From positions 11,036,001-11,100,000 of the forward strand of contig OZ024740.1 of assembly GCA_964016885.1 (NCBI GenBank): a DNA stretch of 64,000 nucleotides, given 5' to 3'. The notes beneath the pieces were generated by a model. The model ran no database searches and was not told where the DNA came from. It saw only the letters and a program-made list of their open reading frames with translations. The position numbers were made by a program, and so were the translations under genes. This document shows, in pieces, positions 12,371 to 25,700 of the stretch. Source of the DNA: Eledone cirrhosa (lineage: Eukaryota). Each line of letters begins with the position of its first letter. Position 1 is the first letter of the stretch.

Positions 12371-15300
12371 TGATGCTTACTTGAGAGGTGCAATGTTGCA
12401 TGGCTGTGAGACGTAGGTGGTATATGGTAGATTATATGATGCTTACTTGAGAGGTGCAATGTGGCATGGCTGTGAGACGTAGGTGGTAATGGTAGATTAT
12501 ATGATGCTTACTTGAGAGGTGTAATGTTGCATGGCTGTGAGACATGGGTGGTAAATGGTAGATTATATGATGCTTACTTGAGAGGTGCAATGTTGCATGG
12601 TTGTGAGACATGGGTGGTAAATGGTAGATTATAAAATGCTTACTTGAGAGGTGCAATGTTGCATGACTGTGAGACATGGGTGGTAAATGGTAGATTATAT
12701 GATGCTTACTTGAGAGGTGCAATGTTGCATGGCTGTGAGACATGGGTGGTAAATGGTACATTATATAATGCTTACTTGAGAGGTGCAATGTTGCATGGCT
12801 GTGAGACATAGGTGGTAAATGGTAGATTATATGATGCTTACTTGAGAGGTGCAATGTTGCATGGCTGTGAGACATGGGTGGTAAATGTTAGATTATATGA
12901 TGCTTACTTGAGAGGTGCAATGTTGCATGGCTGTGAGACATGGGTGGTAAATGGTAGATTATATGATGCTTACTTGAGAGGTGCAATGTTGCATGGCTGT
13001 GAGACATGGGTGGTAAATGGTAGATTAAAAATGCTTACTTGAGAGATGCAATGTTGCATGGCTGTGAGACATGGGTGGTAAATGGTAGATTATATGATGC
13101 TTACTTGAGAGGTACAATGTTGCATGGCTGTGAGACATGGGTGGTAAATGGTAGATTATATGATGCTTACTTGAGAGGTACAATGTTGCATGGCTGTGAG
13201 ACATGGGTGGTAAATGGTAGATTATAAAATGCTTACTTGAGAGGTGCAATGTTACATGGCTGTGAGACATGGGTGGTAAATGGTAGATTATATAATGCTT
13301 ACTTGAGAGGTGCAATGTTGCATGGCTGTGAGACATAGGTGGTAAATGGTAGATTATAAAATGCTTACTTCAGAGATGCAATGTTGCATGGCTGTGAGAC
13401 ATAGGTGGTAAATGGTAGATTATATGATGCTTACTTGAGAGGTACAATGTTGCATGGCTGTGAGACATGGGTGGTAAATGGTAGATTATATGATGCTTAC
13501 TTGAGAGGTACAATGTTGCATGGCTGTGAGACATGGGTGGTAAATGGTAGATTATATGATGCTTACTTGAGAGGTACAATGTTGCATAGCTGTGAGACAT
13601 GGGTGGTAAATGGTAGATTATATAATGCTTACTTGAGAGGTGCTATGTTGCATGGCTGTGAGACATGGGTGGTAAATGGTAGATTATATGATGCTTACTT
13701 GAGAGGTGCAATGTTGCATGGCTGTGAGACATGGGTGGTAAATGGTAGATTATAAAATGCTTACTGGAGAGATGCAATGATGCATGGCTGTGAGACATGG
13801 GTGGTAAATGGTAGATTATATGATGCTTACTTGAGAGGTGCAATGTTGCATGGCTGTGAGACATGGGTGGTAAATGGTAGATTATATGATGCTTACTTGA
13901 GAGGTGCAATGTTGCATGGCTGTGAGACATGGGTGGTAAATGGTAGATTATAAAATGCTTACTTGAGAGGTGCAATGTTGCATGGGTGTGTGAAATGGGT
14001 GGTAAATGGTAGATTATATGATGCTTACTTGAGAGGTGCAATGTTGCATGGCTGTGAGACATGGGTGGTAAATGGTAGATTTTATGATGCTTACTTGAGA
14101 GGTGCAATGTTGCATGGCTGTGAGACATGGGTGGTAAATGGTATATTATAAAATGCTTACTTGAGAGGTGCAATGTTGCATGGCTGTGAGACATGTGTGG
14201 TAAATGGTAGATTATATGATGCTTACTTGAGAGGTGCAATGTTGCATGGCTGTGAGACATGGGTGGTAAATGGTAGATTATATGATGCTTAGTTGAGAGG
14301 TGCAATGTTGCATGGCTGTGAGACATGGGTGGCAAATGGTAGATTATATGATGCTTACTTGAGAGGTGCAATGTTGCATGGCTGTGAGACATGGGTAGTA
14401 AATGGTAGATTATATGATGCTTACTTGAGAGGTGCAATGTTGCATGGCTGTGAGACATGGGTGGTAAATGGTAGATTATATGATGCTTACCTGAGAGGGG
14501 CAATGTTGCATGGCTGTGAGACATGGGTGGTAAATGGTAGATTATATGATGCTTACTTGAGAGGTGCAATGTTGCATGGCTGTGAGACATGGGTGGTAAA
14601 TGGTAGATTATATAATGCTTACTTGAGAGGTGCAATGTTCTATGGCTGTGAGACATGGGTGGTAAATGGTAGATAATATGATGCTTACTTGAGAGGTGCA
14701 ATGTTGCATGGCTGTGAGAAATGGGTGGTAAATGGTAGATTATATAATGCTTACTTGAGAGGTGCAATGGTGCATGGCTGTGAGACATAGGTGGTAAATG
14801 GTAGATTATATGATGCTTACTTGAGAGGTGCAATGTTGCATTGCTGTGAGACATAGGTGGTAAATGGTAGGTTATATGATGCTTACTTGAAAGGCGCAAT
14901 GTTGCATGGCTGTGAGACATAGGTGGTAAATGGTAGATTATATGATGCTTACTTGAGAGGTATAACGTTGCATGGCTGTGACACATTGGTGGTAAATGGT
15001 AGATTATATGATGCTTACTTGAGAGGTGCAATGTTGCATGGCTGTGTGACATGGGTGGTAAATGGTAGATTATATGATGCTTACTTGAGAGGTGCAATGT
15101 TGCATGGCTGTGAGACATAGGTGGTAAATGGTAGATTATATGTTGCATGGCTGTGAGACATAGGTGGTAAATGGTAGATTATATGATGCTTACTTGAGAG
15201 GTACAATGTTGCATGGCTGTGAGACATGGGTGGTAAATGGTAGATTATATGATGCTTACTTGAGAGGTGCAATGTGCATGGCTGTGAGACATAGGTGGTA

Positions 15301-16780
15301 AATGGTAGATTATATGATGCTTACTTGAGAGGTGCAATGTTGCATGGCTGTGAGACGTAGGTGGTATATGGTAGATTATATGATGCTTACTTGAGAGGTG
15401 CAATGTGGCATGGCTGTGAGACGTAGGTGGTAAATGGTAGATTATATGATGCTTACTTGAGAGGTGTAATGTTGCATGGCTGTGAGACATGGGTGGTAAA
15501 TGGTAGATTATATGATGCTTACTTGAGAGGTGCAATGTTGCATGGTTGTGAGACATGGGTGGTAAATGGTAGATTATAAAATGCTTACTTGAGAGGTGCA
15601 ATGTTGCATGACTGTGAGACATGGGTGGTAAATGGTAGATTATATGATGCTTACTTGAGAGGTGCAATGTTGCATGGCTGTGAGACATGGGTGGTAAATG
15701 GTACATTATATAATGCTTACTTGAGAGGTGCAATGTTGCATGGCTGTGAGACATAGGTGGTAAATGGTAGATTATATGATGCTTACTTGAGAGGTGCAAT
15801 GTTGCATGGCTGTGAGACATGGGTGGTAAATGTTAGATTATATGATGCTTACTTGAGAGGTGCAATGTTGCATGGCTGTGAGACATGGGTGGTAAATGGT
15901 AGATTATATGATGCTTACTTGAGAGGTGCAATGTTGCATGGCTGTGAGACATGGGTGGTAAATGGTAGATTAAAAATGCTTACTTGAGAGATGCAATGTT
16001 GCATGGCTGTGAGACATGGGTGGTAAATGGTAGATTATATGATGCTTACTTGAGAGGTACAATGTTGCATGGCTGTGAGACATGGGTGGTAAATGGTAGA
16101 TTATATGATGCTTACTTGAGAGGTACAATGTTGCATGGCTGTGAGACATGGGTGGTAAATGGTAGATTATAAAATGCTTACTTGAGAGGTGCAATGTTAC
16201 ATGGCTGTGAGACATGGGTGGTAAATGGTAGATTATATAATGCTTACTTGAGAGGTGCAATGTTGCATGGCTGTGAGACATAGGTGGTAAATGGTAGATT
16301 ATAAAATGCTTACTTCAGAGATGCAATGTTGCATGGCTGTGAGACATAGGTGGTAAATGGTAGATTATATGATGCTTACTTGAGAGGTACAATGTTGCAT
16401 GGCTGTGAGACATGGGTGGTAAATGGTAGATTATATGATGCTTACTTGAGAGGTACAATGTTGCATGGCTGTGAGACATGGGTGGTAAATGGTAGATTAT
16501 ATGATGCTTACTTGAGAGGTACAATGTTGCATGGCTGTGAGACATGGGTGGTAAATGGTAGATTATATAATGCTTACTTGAGAGGTGCTATGTTGCATGG
16601 CTGTGAGACATGGGTGGTAAATGGTAGATTATATGATGCTTACTTGAGAGGTGCAATGTTGCATGGCTGTGAGACATGGGTGGTAAATGGTAGATTATAA
16701 AATGCTTACTGGAGAGATGCAATGATGCATGGCTGTGAGACATGGGTGGTAAATGGTAGATTATATGATGCTTACTTGAG
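11400..16780 (+). repeat. ~2945-bp (45-monomer) tandem higher-order duplication
   Basis: ORFs 11979/14923, 12137/15081, 12812/15757, 13025/15970 and 13405/16350 are offset by 2944-2945. Shared variants are ggtatatgg, tgtggcat, catgactg, aatgttag, gattaaaaatg, gttacat, ttcagagat, gtgctatg and actggagagat. Confidence 0.88.
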
Positions 16781-19700
16781 AGGTACAATGTTGCATGGCT
16801 GTGAGACATGGGTGGTAAATGGTAGATTATATGATGCTTACTTGAGAGGTGCAATGTTGCATGGCTGTGAGACGTAGGTGGTAAATGGTAGATTATATGA
16901 TGCTTACTTGAGAGGTGTAATGTTGCATGGCTGTGAGACATGGGTGGTAAATGGTAGATTATATGATGCTTACTTGAGAGGTGCAATGTTGCATGGCTGT
17001 GAGACATGGGTGGTAAATGGTAGATTATATGATGCTTACTTGAGAGGTGCAATGTTGCATGGCTGTGAGACATGGGTGGTAAATGGTAGATTATATGATG
17101 CTTACTTGAGAGGTGCAATGTTGCATGGCTGTGAGACATGGGTGGTAAATGGTACATTATATAATGCTTACTTGAGAGGTGCAATGTTGCATGGCTGTGA
17201 GACATAGGTGGTAAATGCTAGATTATATGATGCTTACTTGAGAGGTGCAATGTTGCATGGCTGTGAGACATGGGTGGTAAATGGTAGGTTATATGATGCT
17301 TACTTGAGAGGTGCAATGTTGCATGGCTGTGAGACATGGGTGGTAAATGGTAGATTATATAATGCTTACTTGAGAGGTGCAATGTTGCATGGCTGTGAGA
17401 CATGGGTGGTAAATGGTAGATTATATGCTGCTTACTTGAGAGGTACAATGTTGCATGGCTGTGAGACATGGGTGGTAAATGGTAGATTATATGATGCTTA
17501 CTTGAGAGGTGCAATGTTGTATGGCTGTGAGACATGGGTGGTAAATGGTAGATTATATGATGCTTACTTGAGAGGTGCAATGTTGCATGGCTGTGAGACA
17601 TGGGTGGTAAATGGTAGATTATAAAATGCTTACTTGAGAGGTGCAATGTTGCATGGCTGTGAGACATGTGTGGTAAATGGTAGATTTTATGATGCTTACT
17701 TGAGAGGTGCAATGTTGCATGGCTGTGAGACATGGGTGGTAAATGGTATATTATAAAATGCTTACTTGAGAGGTGCAATGTTGCATGGCTGTGAGACATG
17801 TGTGGTAAATGGTAGATTATATGATGCTTACTTGAGAGGTGCAATGTTGCATGGCTGTGAGACATGGGTGGTAAATGGTAGATTATATGATGCTTAGTTG
17901 AGAGGTGCAATGTTGCATGGCTGTGAGACATGGGTGGTAAATGGTAGATTATATGATGCTTACTTGAGAGGTGCAATGTTGCATGGCTGTGAGACATGGG
18001 TGGTAAATGGTAGATTATATGATGCTTACTTGAGAGGTGCAATGTTGCATGGCTGTGAGACATGGGTGGTAAATGGTAGATTATATGATGCTTACCTGAG
18101 AGGGGCAATGTTGCATGGCTGTGAGACATGGGTGGTAAATGGTAGATTATATGATGCTTACTTGAGAGGTGCAATGTTGCATGGCTGTGAGACATGGGTG
18201 GTAAATGGTAGATTATATAATGCTTACTTGAGAGGTGCAATGTTCTATGGCTGTGAGACATGGGTGGTAAATGGTAGATTATATGATGCTTACTTGAGAG
18301 GTGCAATGTTGCATGGCTGTGAGACATGGGTGGTAAATGGTAGATTATATAATGCTTACTTGAGAGGTGCAATGGTGCATGGCTGTGAGACATAGGTGGT
18401 AAATGGTAGATTATATGATGCTTACATGAGAGGTGCAATGTTGCATTGCTGTGAGACATAGGTGGTAAATGGTAGGTTATATGATGCTTACTTGAGAGGC
18501 GCAATGTTGCATGGCTGTGAGACATAGGTGGTAAATGGTAGATTATATGATGCTTACTTGAGAGGTACAATGTTGCATGGCTGTGACACATTGGTGGTAA
18601 ATGGTAGATTATATAATGCTTACTTGAGAGGTGCAATGTTGCATGGCTGTGTGACATGGGTGGTAAATGGTAGATTATATGATGCTTACTTGAGAGGTGC
18701 AATGTTGCATGGCTGTGAGACATAGGTGGTAAATGGTAGATTATATGTTGCATGGCTGTGAGACATAGGTGGTAAATGGTAGATTATATGATGCTTACTT
18801 GAGAGGTACAATGTTGCATGGCTGTGAGACATGGGTGGTAAATGGTAGATTATATGATGCTTACTTGAGAGGTGCAATGTGCATGGCTGTGAGACATAGG
18901 TGGTAAATGGTAGATTATATGATGCTTACTTGAGAGGTGCAATGTTGCATGGCTGTGAGACGTAGGTGGTAAATGGTAGATTATATGATGCTTACTTGAG
19001 AGGTGCAATGTTGCATGGCTGTGAGACATGGGTGGTAAATGGTAGATTATATGATGCTTACTTGAGAGGTGCAATGTTGCATGGCTGTGAGACAGGTGGT
19101 AAATGGTAGATTATATGATGCTTACTTGAGAGGTGCAATGTTGCATGGCTGTGAGACATGGGTGGTAAATGGTAGATTATATGATGCTTACTTGAGAGGT
19201 GCAATGTTGCATGGCTGTGAGACATGGGTGGTAAATGGTAGATTATATGATGCTTACTTGAGAGGTGCAATGTTGCATGGCTGTGAGACATGGGTGGTAA
19301 ATGGTAGATTATATAATGCTTACTTGAGAGGTGCAATGTTGCATGGCTGTGAGACATGGGTGGTAAATGGTAGATTATATGCTGCTTACTTGAGAGGTAC
19401 AATGTTGCATGGCTGTGAGACATGGGTGGTAAATGGTAGATTATATGATGCTTACTTGAGAGGTGCAATGTTGTATGGCTGTGAGACATGGGTGGTAAAT
19501 GGTAGATTATATGATGCTTACTTGAGAGGTGCAATGTTGCATGGCTGTGAGACATGGGTGGTAAATGGTAGATTATATAATGCTTACTTGAGAGGTGCAA
19601 TGTTGCATTGTTGTGAGACATGGGTGGTAAATGGTAGATTATATGATGCTTACTTGAGAGGTGCAATGTTGCATGGCTGTGAAACATGGGTGGTAAATGG

Positions 19701-22700
19701 TAGATTATATGATGCTTACTTGAGAGGTGCAATGTTGCATTGCTGTGAGACATAGGTGGTAAATGGTAGGTTATATGATGCTTACTTGAGAGGCGCAATG
19801 TTGCATGGCTGTGAGACATGGGTGGTAAATGGTAGATTATATGATGCTTACTTGAGAGGTACAATGTTGCATGGCTGTGACACATTGGTGGTAAATGGTA
19901 GATTATATAATGCTTACTTGAGAGGTGCAATGTGCATGGCTGTGAGACATAGGTGGTAAATTGTAGATTATATGATGCTTACTTGAGAGGTGCAATGTTG
20001 CATGGCTGTGAGACGTAGGTGGTAAATGGTAGATTATATGATGCTTACTTGAGAGGTGCAATGTTGCATGGCTGTGAGACATGGGTGGTAAATGGTAGAT
20101 TATATGATGCTTACTTGAGAGGTGCAATGTTGCATGGCTGTGAGACAGGTGGTAAATGGTAGATTATATAGTGCCTACTTGAGAGGTACAATGTTGCATG
20201 GCTGTGAGACATAGGTGGTAAATGGTAGATTATATGATGCTTACTTGAGAGGTACAATGTTGCATGGCTGTGAGACATGGGTGGTAAATGGTAGATTATA
20301 TAATGCTTACTTGAGAGGTGCAATGTTGCATGGCTGTGAGACATGCATGGTAAATGGTAGATTATATGATGCTTACTTGAGAGGTGCAATGTTGCATGGC
20401 TGTGAGACATGGGTGGTAAATGGTAGATTATATGATGCTTACTTGAGAGGTGCAATGTTGCATGGCTGTGAGACATGGGTGGTAAATCGTAGATTATATG
20501 ATGCTTACTTGAGAAGTGCAATGTTGCATGGCTGTGAGACATAGGTGGTAAATGGTAGATTATATGATGCTTACTTGAGAGGTGCAATGTTGCATGGATG
20601 TGAGACATGGGTGGTAAATGGTAGATTATATGATGCTTACTTGAGAGGTGCAATGTTGCATGACTGTGAGACATGGGTGGTAAATGGTAGATTATATGAT
20701 GCTTACTTGAGAGGTGCAATGTTGCATGGCTGTGAGACATGGGTGGTAAATGGTACATTATATAATGCTTACTTGAGAGGTGCAATGTTGCATGGCTGTG
20801 AGACATAGGTGGTAAATGGTAGATTATATGATGCTTACTTGAGAGGTGCAATGTTGCATGGCCGTGAGACATGGGTGGTAAATGGTAGATTATATGATGC
20901 TTACTTGAGTGGTGCAATGTTGCATGGCTGTGAGACATGGGTGGTAAATGGTAGATTATATGATGCTTACTCGAGAGGTGCAATGTTGCATGGCTGTGAG
21001 ACATGGGTGGTAAATGGTAGATTAAAAATGCTTACTTGAGAGATGCAATGTTGCATGGCTGTGAGACATGGGTGGTAAATGGTAGATTATATGATGCTTA
21101 CTTGAGAGGTACAATGTTGCATGGCTGTGAGACATGGGTGGTAAATGGTAGATTATATGATGCTTACTTGAGAGGTACAATATTGCATGGCTGTGAGACA
21201 TGGGTGGTAAATGGTAGATTATAAAATGCTTACTTGAGAGGTGCAATGTTACATGGCTGTGAGACATGGGTGGTAAATGGTAGATTATATAATGCTTACT
21301 TGAGAGGTGCAATGTTGCATGGCTGTGAGACATAGGTGGTAAATGGTAGATTATAAAATGCTTACTTGAGAGATGCAATGTTGCATGGCTGTGAGACATA
21401 GGTGGTAAATGGTAGATTATATGATGCTTACTTGAGAGGTACAATGTTGCATGGCTGTGAGACATGGGTGGTAAATGGTAGATTATATGATGCTTACTTG
21501 AGAGGTACAATGTTGCATGGCTGTGAGACATGGGTGGTAAATTGTAGATTATATGATGCTTACTTGAGAGGTACAATGTTGCATGGCTGTGAGACATGGG
21601 TGGTAAATGGTAGATTATATAATGCTTACTTGAGAGGTGCTATGTTGCATGTCTGTGAGACATGGGTGGTAAATGGTAGATTATATGATGCTTACTTGAG
21701 AGGTGCAATGTTGCATGGCTGTGAGACATGGGTGGTAAATGGTAGATTATAAAATGCTTACTGGAGAGATGCAATGATGCATGGCTGTGAGACATGGGTG
21801 GTAAATGGTAGATTATATGATGCTTACTTGAGAGGTACAATGTTGCATGGCTGTGAGACATGGGTGGTAAATGGTAGATTATATGATGATTACTTGAGAG
21901 GTGCAATGTTGCATGGCTGTGAGACGTAGGTGGTAAATGGTAGATTATATAATGCTTACTTGAGAGGTGCAATGTTGCATGGCTGTGAGACATAGGTGGT
22001 AAATGGTAGATTATAAAATGCTTACTTGAGAGATGCAATGTTGCATGGCTGTGAGACATAGGTGGTAAATGGTAGATTATATGATGCTTACTTGAGAGGT
22101 GTAATGTTGCATGGCTGTGAGACATGGGTGGTAAATGGTAGATTATATGATGCTTACTTGAGAGGTGCAATGTTGCATGGCTGTGAGACATGGGTGGTAA
22201 ATGGTAGATTATATGATGCTTACTTGAGAGGTGCAATGTTGCATGGCTGTGAGACATGGGTGGTAAATGGTAGATTATATGATGCTTACTTGAGAGGTGC
22301 AATGTTGCATGGCTGTGAGACATGGGTGGTAAATGGTACATTATATAATGCTTACTTGAGAGGTGCAATGTTGCATGGCTGTGAGACATAGGTGGTAAAT
22401 GGTAGATTATATGATGCTTACTTGAGAGGTGCAATGTTGCATGGCTGTGAGACATGGGTGGTAAATGGTAGATTATATGATGCTTACTTGAGAGGTGCAA
22501 TGTTGCATGGCTGTGAGACATGGGTGGTAAATGGTAGATTATATGATGCTTACTTGAGAGGTGCAATGTTGCATGGCTGTGAGACATGGGTGGTAAATGG
22601 TAGATTATATAATGCTTACTTGAGAGGTGCAATGTTGCATGGCTGTGAGACATGGGTGGTAAATGGTAGATTATATGCTGCTTACTTGAGAGGTGCAATG

Positions 22701-25700
22701 TTGTATGGCTGTGAGACATGGGTGGTAAATGGTAGATTATATGATGCTTACTTGAGAGGTGCAATGTTGCATGGCTGTGAGACATGGGTGGTAAATGGTA
22801 GATTATAAAATGCTTACTTGAGAGGTGCAATGTTGCATGGCTGTGAGACATGTGTGGTAAATGGTAGATTTTATGATGCTTACTTGAGAGGTGCAATGTT
22901 GCATGGCTGTGAGACATGGGTGGTAAATGGTATATTATAAAATGCTTACTTGAGAGGTGCAATGTTGCATGGCTGTGAGACATGTGTGGTAAATGGTAGA
23001 TTATATGATGCTTACTTGAGAGGTGCAATGTTGCATGGCTGTGAGACATGGGTGGTAAATTGTAGATTATATGATGCTTACTTGAGAGGTGCAATGTTGC
23101 ATGGCTGTGAGACATGGGTGGTAAATGGTAGATTATATGATGCTTACTTGAGAGGTGCAATGTTGCATGGCTGTGAGACATGGGTGGTAAATGGTAGATT
23201 ATATGATGCTTACCTGAGAGGGGCAATGTTGCATGGCTGTGAGACATGGGTGGTAAATGGTAGATTATATGATGCTTACTTGAGAGGTGCAATGTTGCAT
23301 GGCTGTGAGACATGGGTGGTAAATGGTAGATTATATAATGCTTACTTGAGAGGTGCAATGGTGCATGGCTGTGAGACATAGGTGGTAAATGGTAGATTAT
23401 ATGATGCTTACTTGAGAGGTGCAATGTTGCATTGCTGTGAGACATAGGTGGTAAATGGTAGGTTATATGATGCTTACTTGAGAGGCGCAATGTTGCATGG
23501 CTGTGAGACATAGGTGGTAAATGGTAGATTATATGATGCTTACTTGAGAGGTACAATGTTGCATGGCTGTGACACATTGGTGGTAAATGGTAGATTATAT
23601 GATGCTTACTTGAGAGGTGCAATGTTGCATGGCTGTGAGACATGGGTGGTAAATGGTAGATTATATGATGCTTACTTGAGAGGTGCAATGTTGCATGGCT
23701 GTGTGACATGGGTGGTAAATGGTAGATTATATGATGCTTACTTGAGAGGTGCAATGTTGCATGGCTGTGAGACATAGGTGGTAAATGGTAGATTATATGT
23801 TGCATGGCTGTGAGACATAGGTGGTAAATGGTAGATTATATGATGCTTACTTGAGAGGTACAATGTTGCATGGCTGTGAGACATGGGTGGTAAATGGTAG
23901 ATTATATGATGCTTACTTGAGAGGTGCAATGTGCATGGCTGTGAGACATAGGTGGTAAATGGTAGATTATATGATGCTTACTTGAGAGGTGCAATGTTGC
24001 ATGGCTGTGAGACGTAGGTGGTAAATGGTAGATTATATGATGCTTACTTGAGAGGTGCAATGTTGCATGGCTGTGAGACATGGGTGGTAAATGGTAGATT
24101 ATATGATGCTTACTTGAGAGGTGCAATGTTGCATGGCTGTGAGACATGGGTGGTAAATGGTACATTATATGATGCTTACTTGAGAGGTGCAATGTTGCAT
24201 GGCTGTGAGACATGGGTGGTAAATGGTAGATTATATGATGCTTACTTGAGAGGTGCAATGTTGCATGGCTGTGAGACATGGGTGGTAAATGGTAGATTAT
24301 ATGATGCTTACTTGAGAGGTGCAATGTTGCATGGCTGTGAGACATGGGTGGTAAATGGTAGATTATATGATGCTTACTTGAGAGGTGCAATGTTGCATGG
24401 CTGTGAGACATGGGTGGTAAATGGTAGATTATATGATGCTTACTTGAGAGGTACAATGTTGCATGGCTGTGAGACATGGGTGGTAAATGGTAGATTATAT
24501 GATGCTTACTTGAGAGGTGCAATGTTGCATGGCTGTGAGACATGGGTGGTAAATGGTAGATTATATGATGCTTACTTGAGAGGTGCAATGTTGCATGGCT
24601 GTGAGACATGGGTGGTAAATGGTAGATTATAAAATGCTTACTTGAGAGGTGCAATGTTGCATGGTTGTGAGACATGTGTGGTAAATGGTAGATTATATGA
24701 TGCTTACTTGAGAGGTGCAATGTTGCATGGCTGTGAGACATGGGTGGTAAATGGTAGATTATATGATGCTTACTTGAGAGGTGCAATGTTGCATGGCTGT
24801 GAGACATGGGTGGTAAATAGTAGATTATATGATGCTTACTTGAGAGGTACAATGTTGCATGGCTGTGAGACATGGGTGGTAAATGGTAGATTATATGATG
24901 CTTACTTAAGAGGTGCAATGTTGCATGGCTGTGAGACATGGGTGGTAAATGGTAGATTATATGATGCTTACTTCAGAGGTGCAATGTTGCATGGCTGTGA
25001 GACATGTGTGGTAAATGGTAGATTATATGATGCTTACTTGAGAGGTGCAATGATGCATGGCTGTGAGACATGGGTGGTAAATGGTAGATTATAAAATGCT
25101 TACTTGAGAGGTGCAATGTTGCATGGCTGTGAGACATGTGTGGTAAATGGTAGATTATATGATGCTTACTTGAGAGGTGCAATGATGCATGGCTGTGAGA
25201 CATGGGTGGTAAATGGTAGATTATAAAATGCTTACTTGAGAGGTGCAATGTTGCATGGCTGTGAGACATGGGTGGTAAATGGTAGATTATATGATGCTTA
25301 CTTGATAGGTGCAATGTTGCATGGCTGTGAGACATGGGTGGTAAATGGTAGATTATATGATGCTTACTTGAGAGGTGCAATGTTGCATGGCTGTGAGACA
25401 TGGGTGGTAAATGGTAGATTATATGATGCTTACTGGAGAGGTGCAATATTGCATGGCTGTGAGACATGGGTGGTAAATGGTAGATTATATGATGCTTACC
25501 TGAGAGGGGCAATGTTGCATGGCTGTGAGACATGGGTGGTAAATGGTAGATTATATGATGCTTACTTGAGAGGTGCAATGTTGCATGGCTGTGAGACATG
25601 GGTGGTAAATGGTAGATTATATAATGCTTACTTGAGAGGTGCAATGTTGCATCGCTGTGAGACATGGGTGGTAAATGGTAGATTATATGATGCTTACTTG

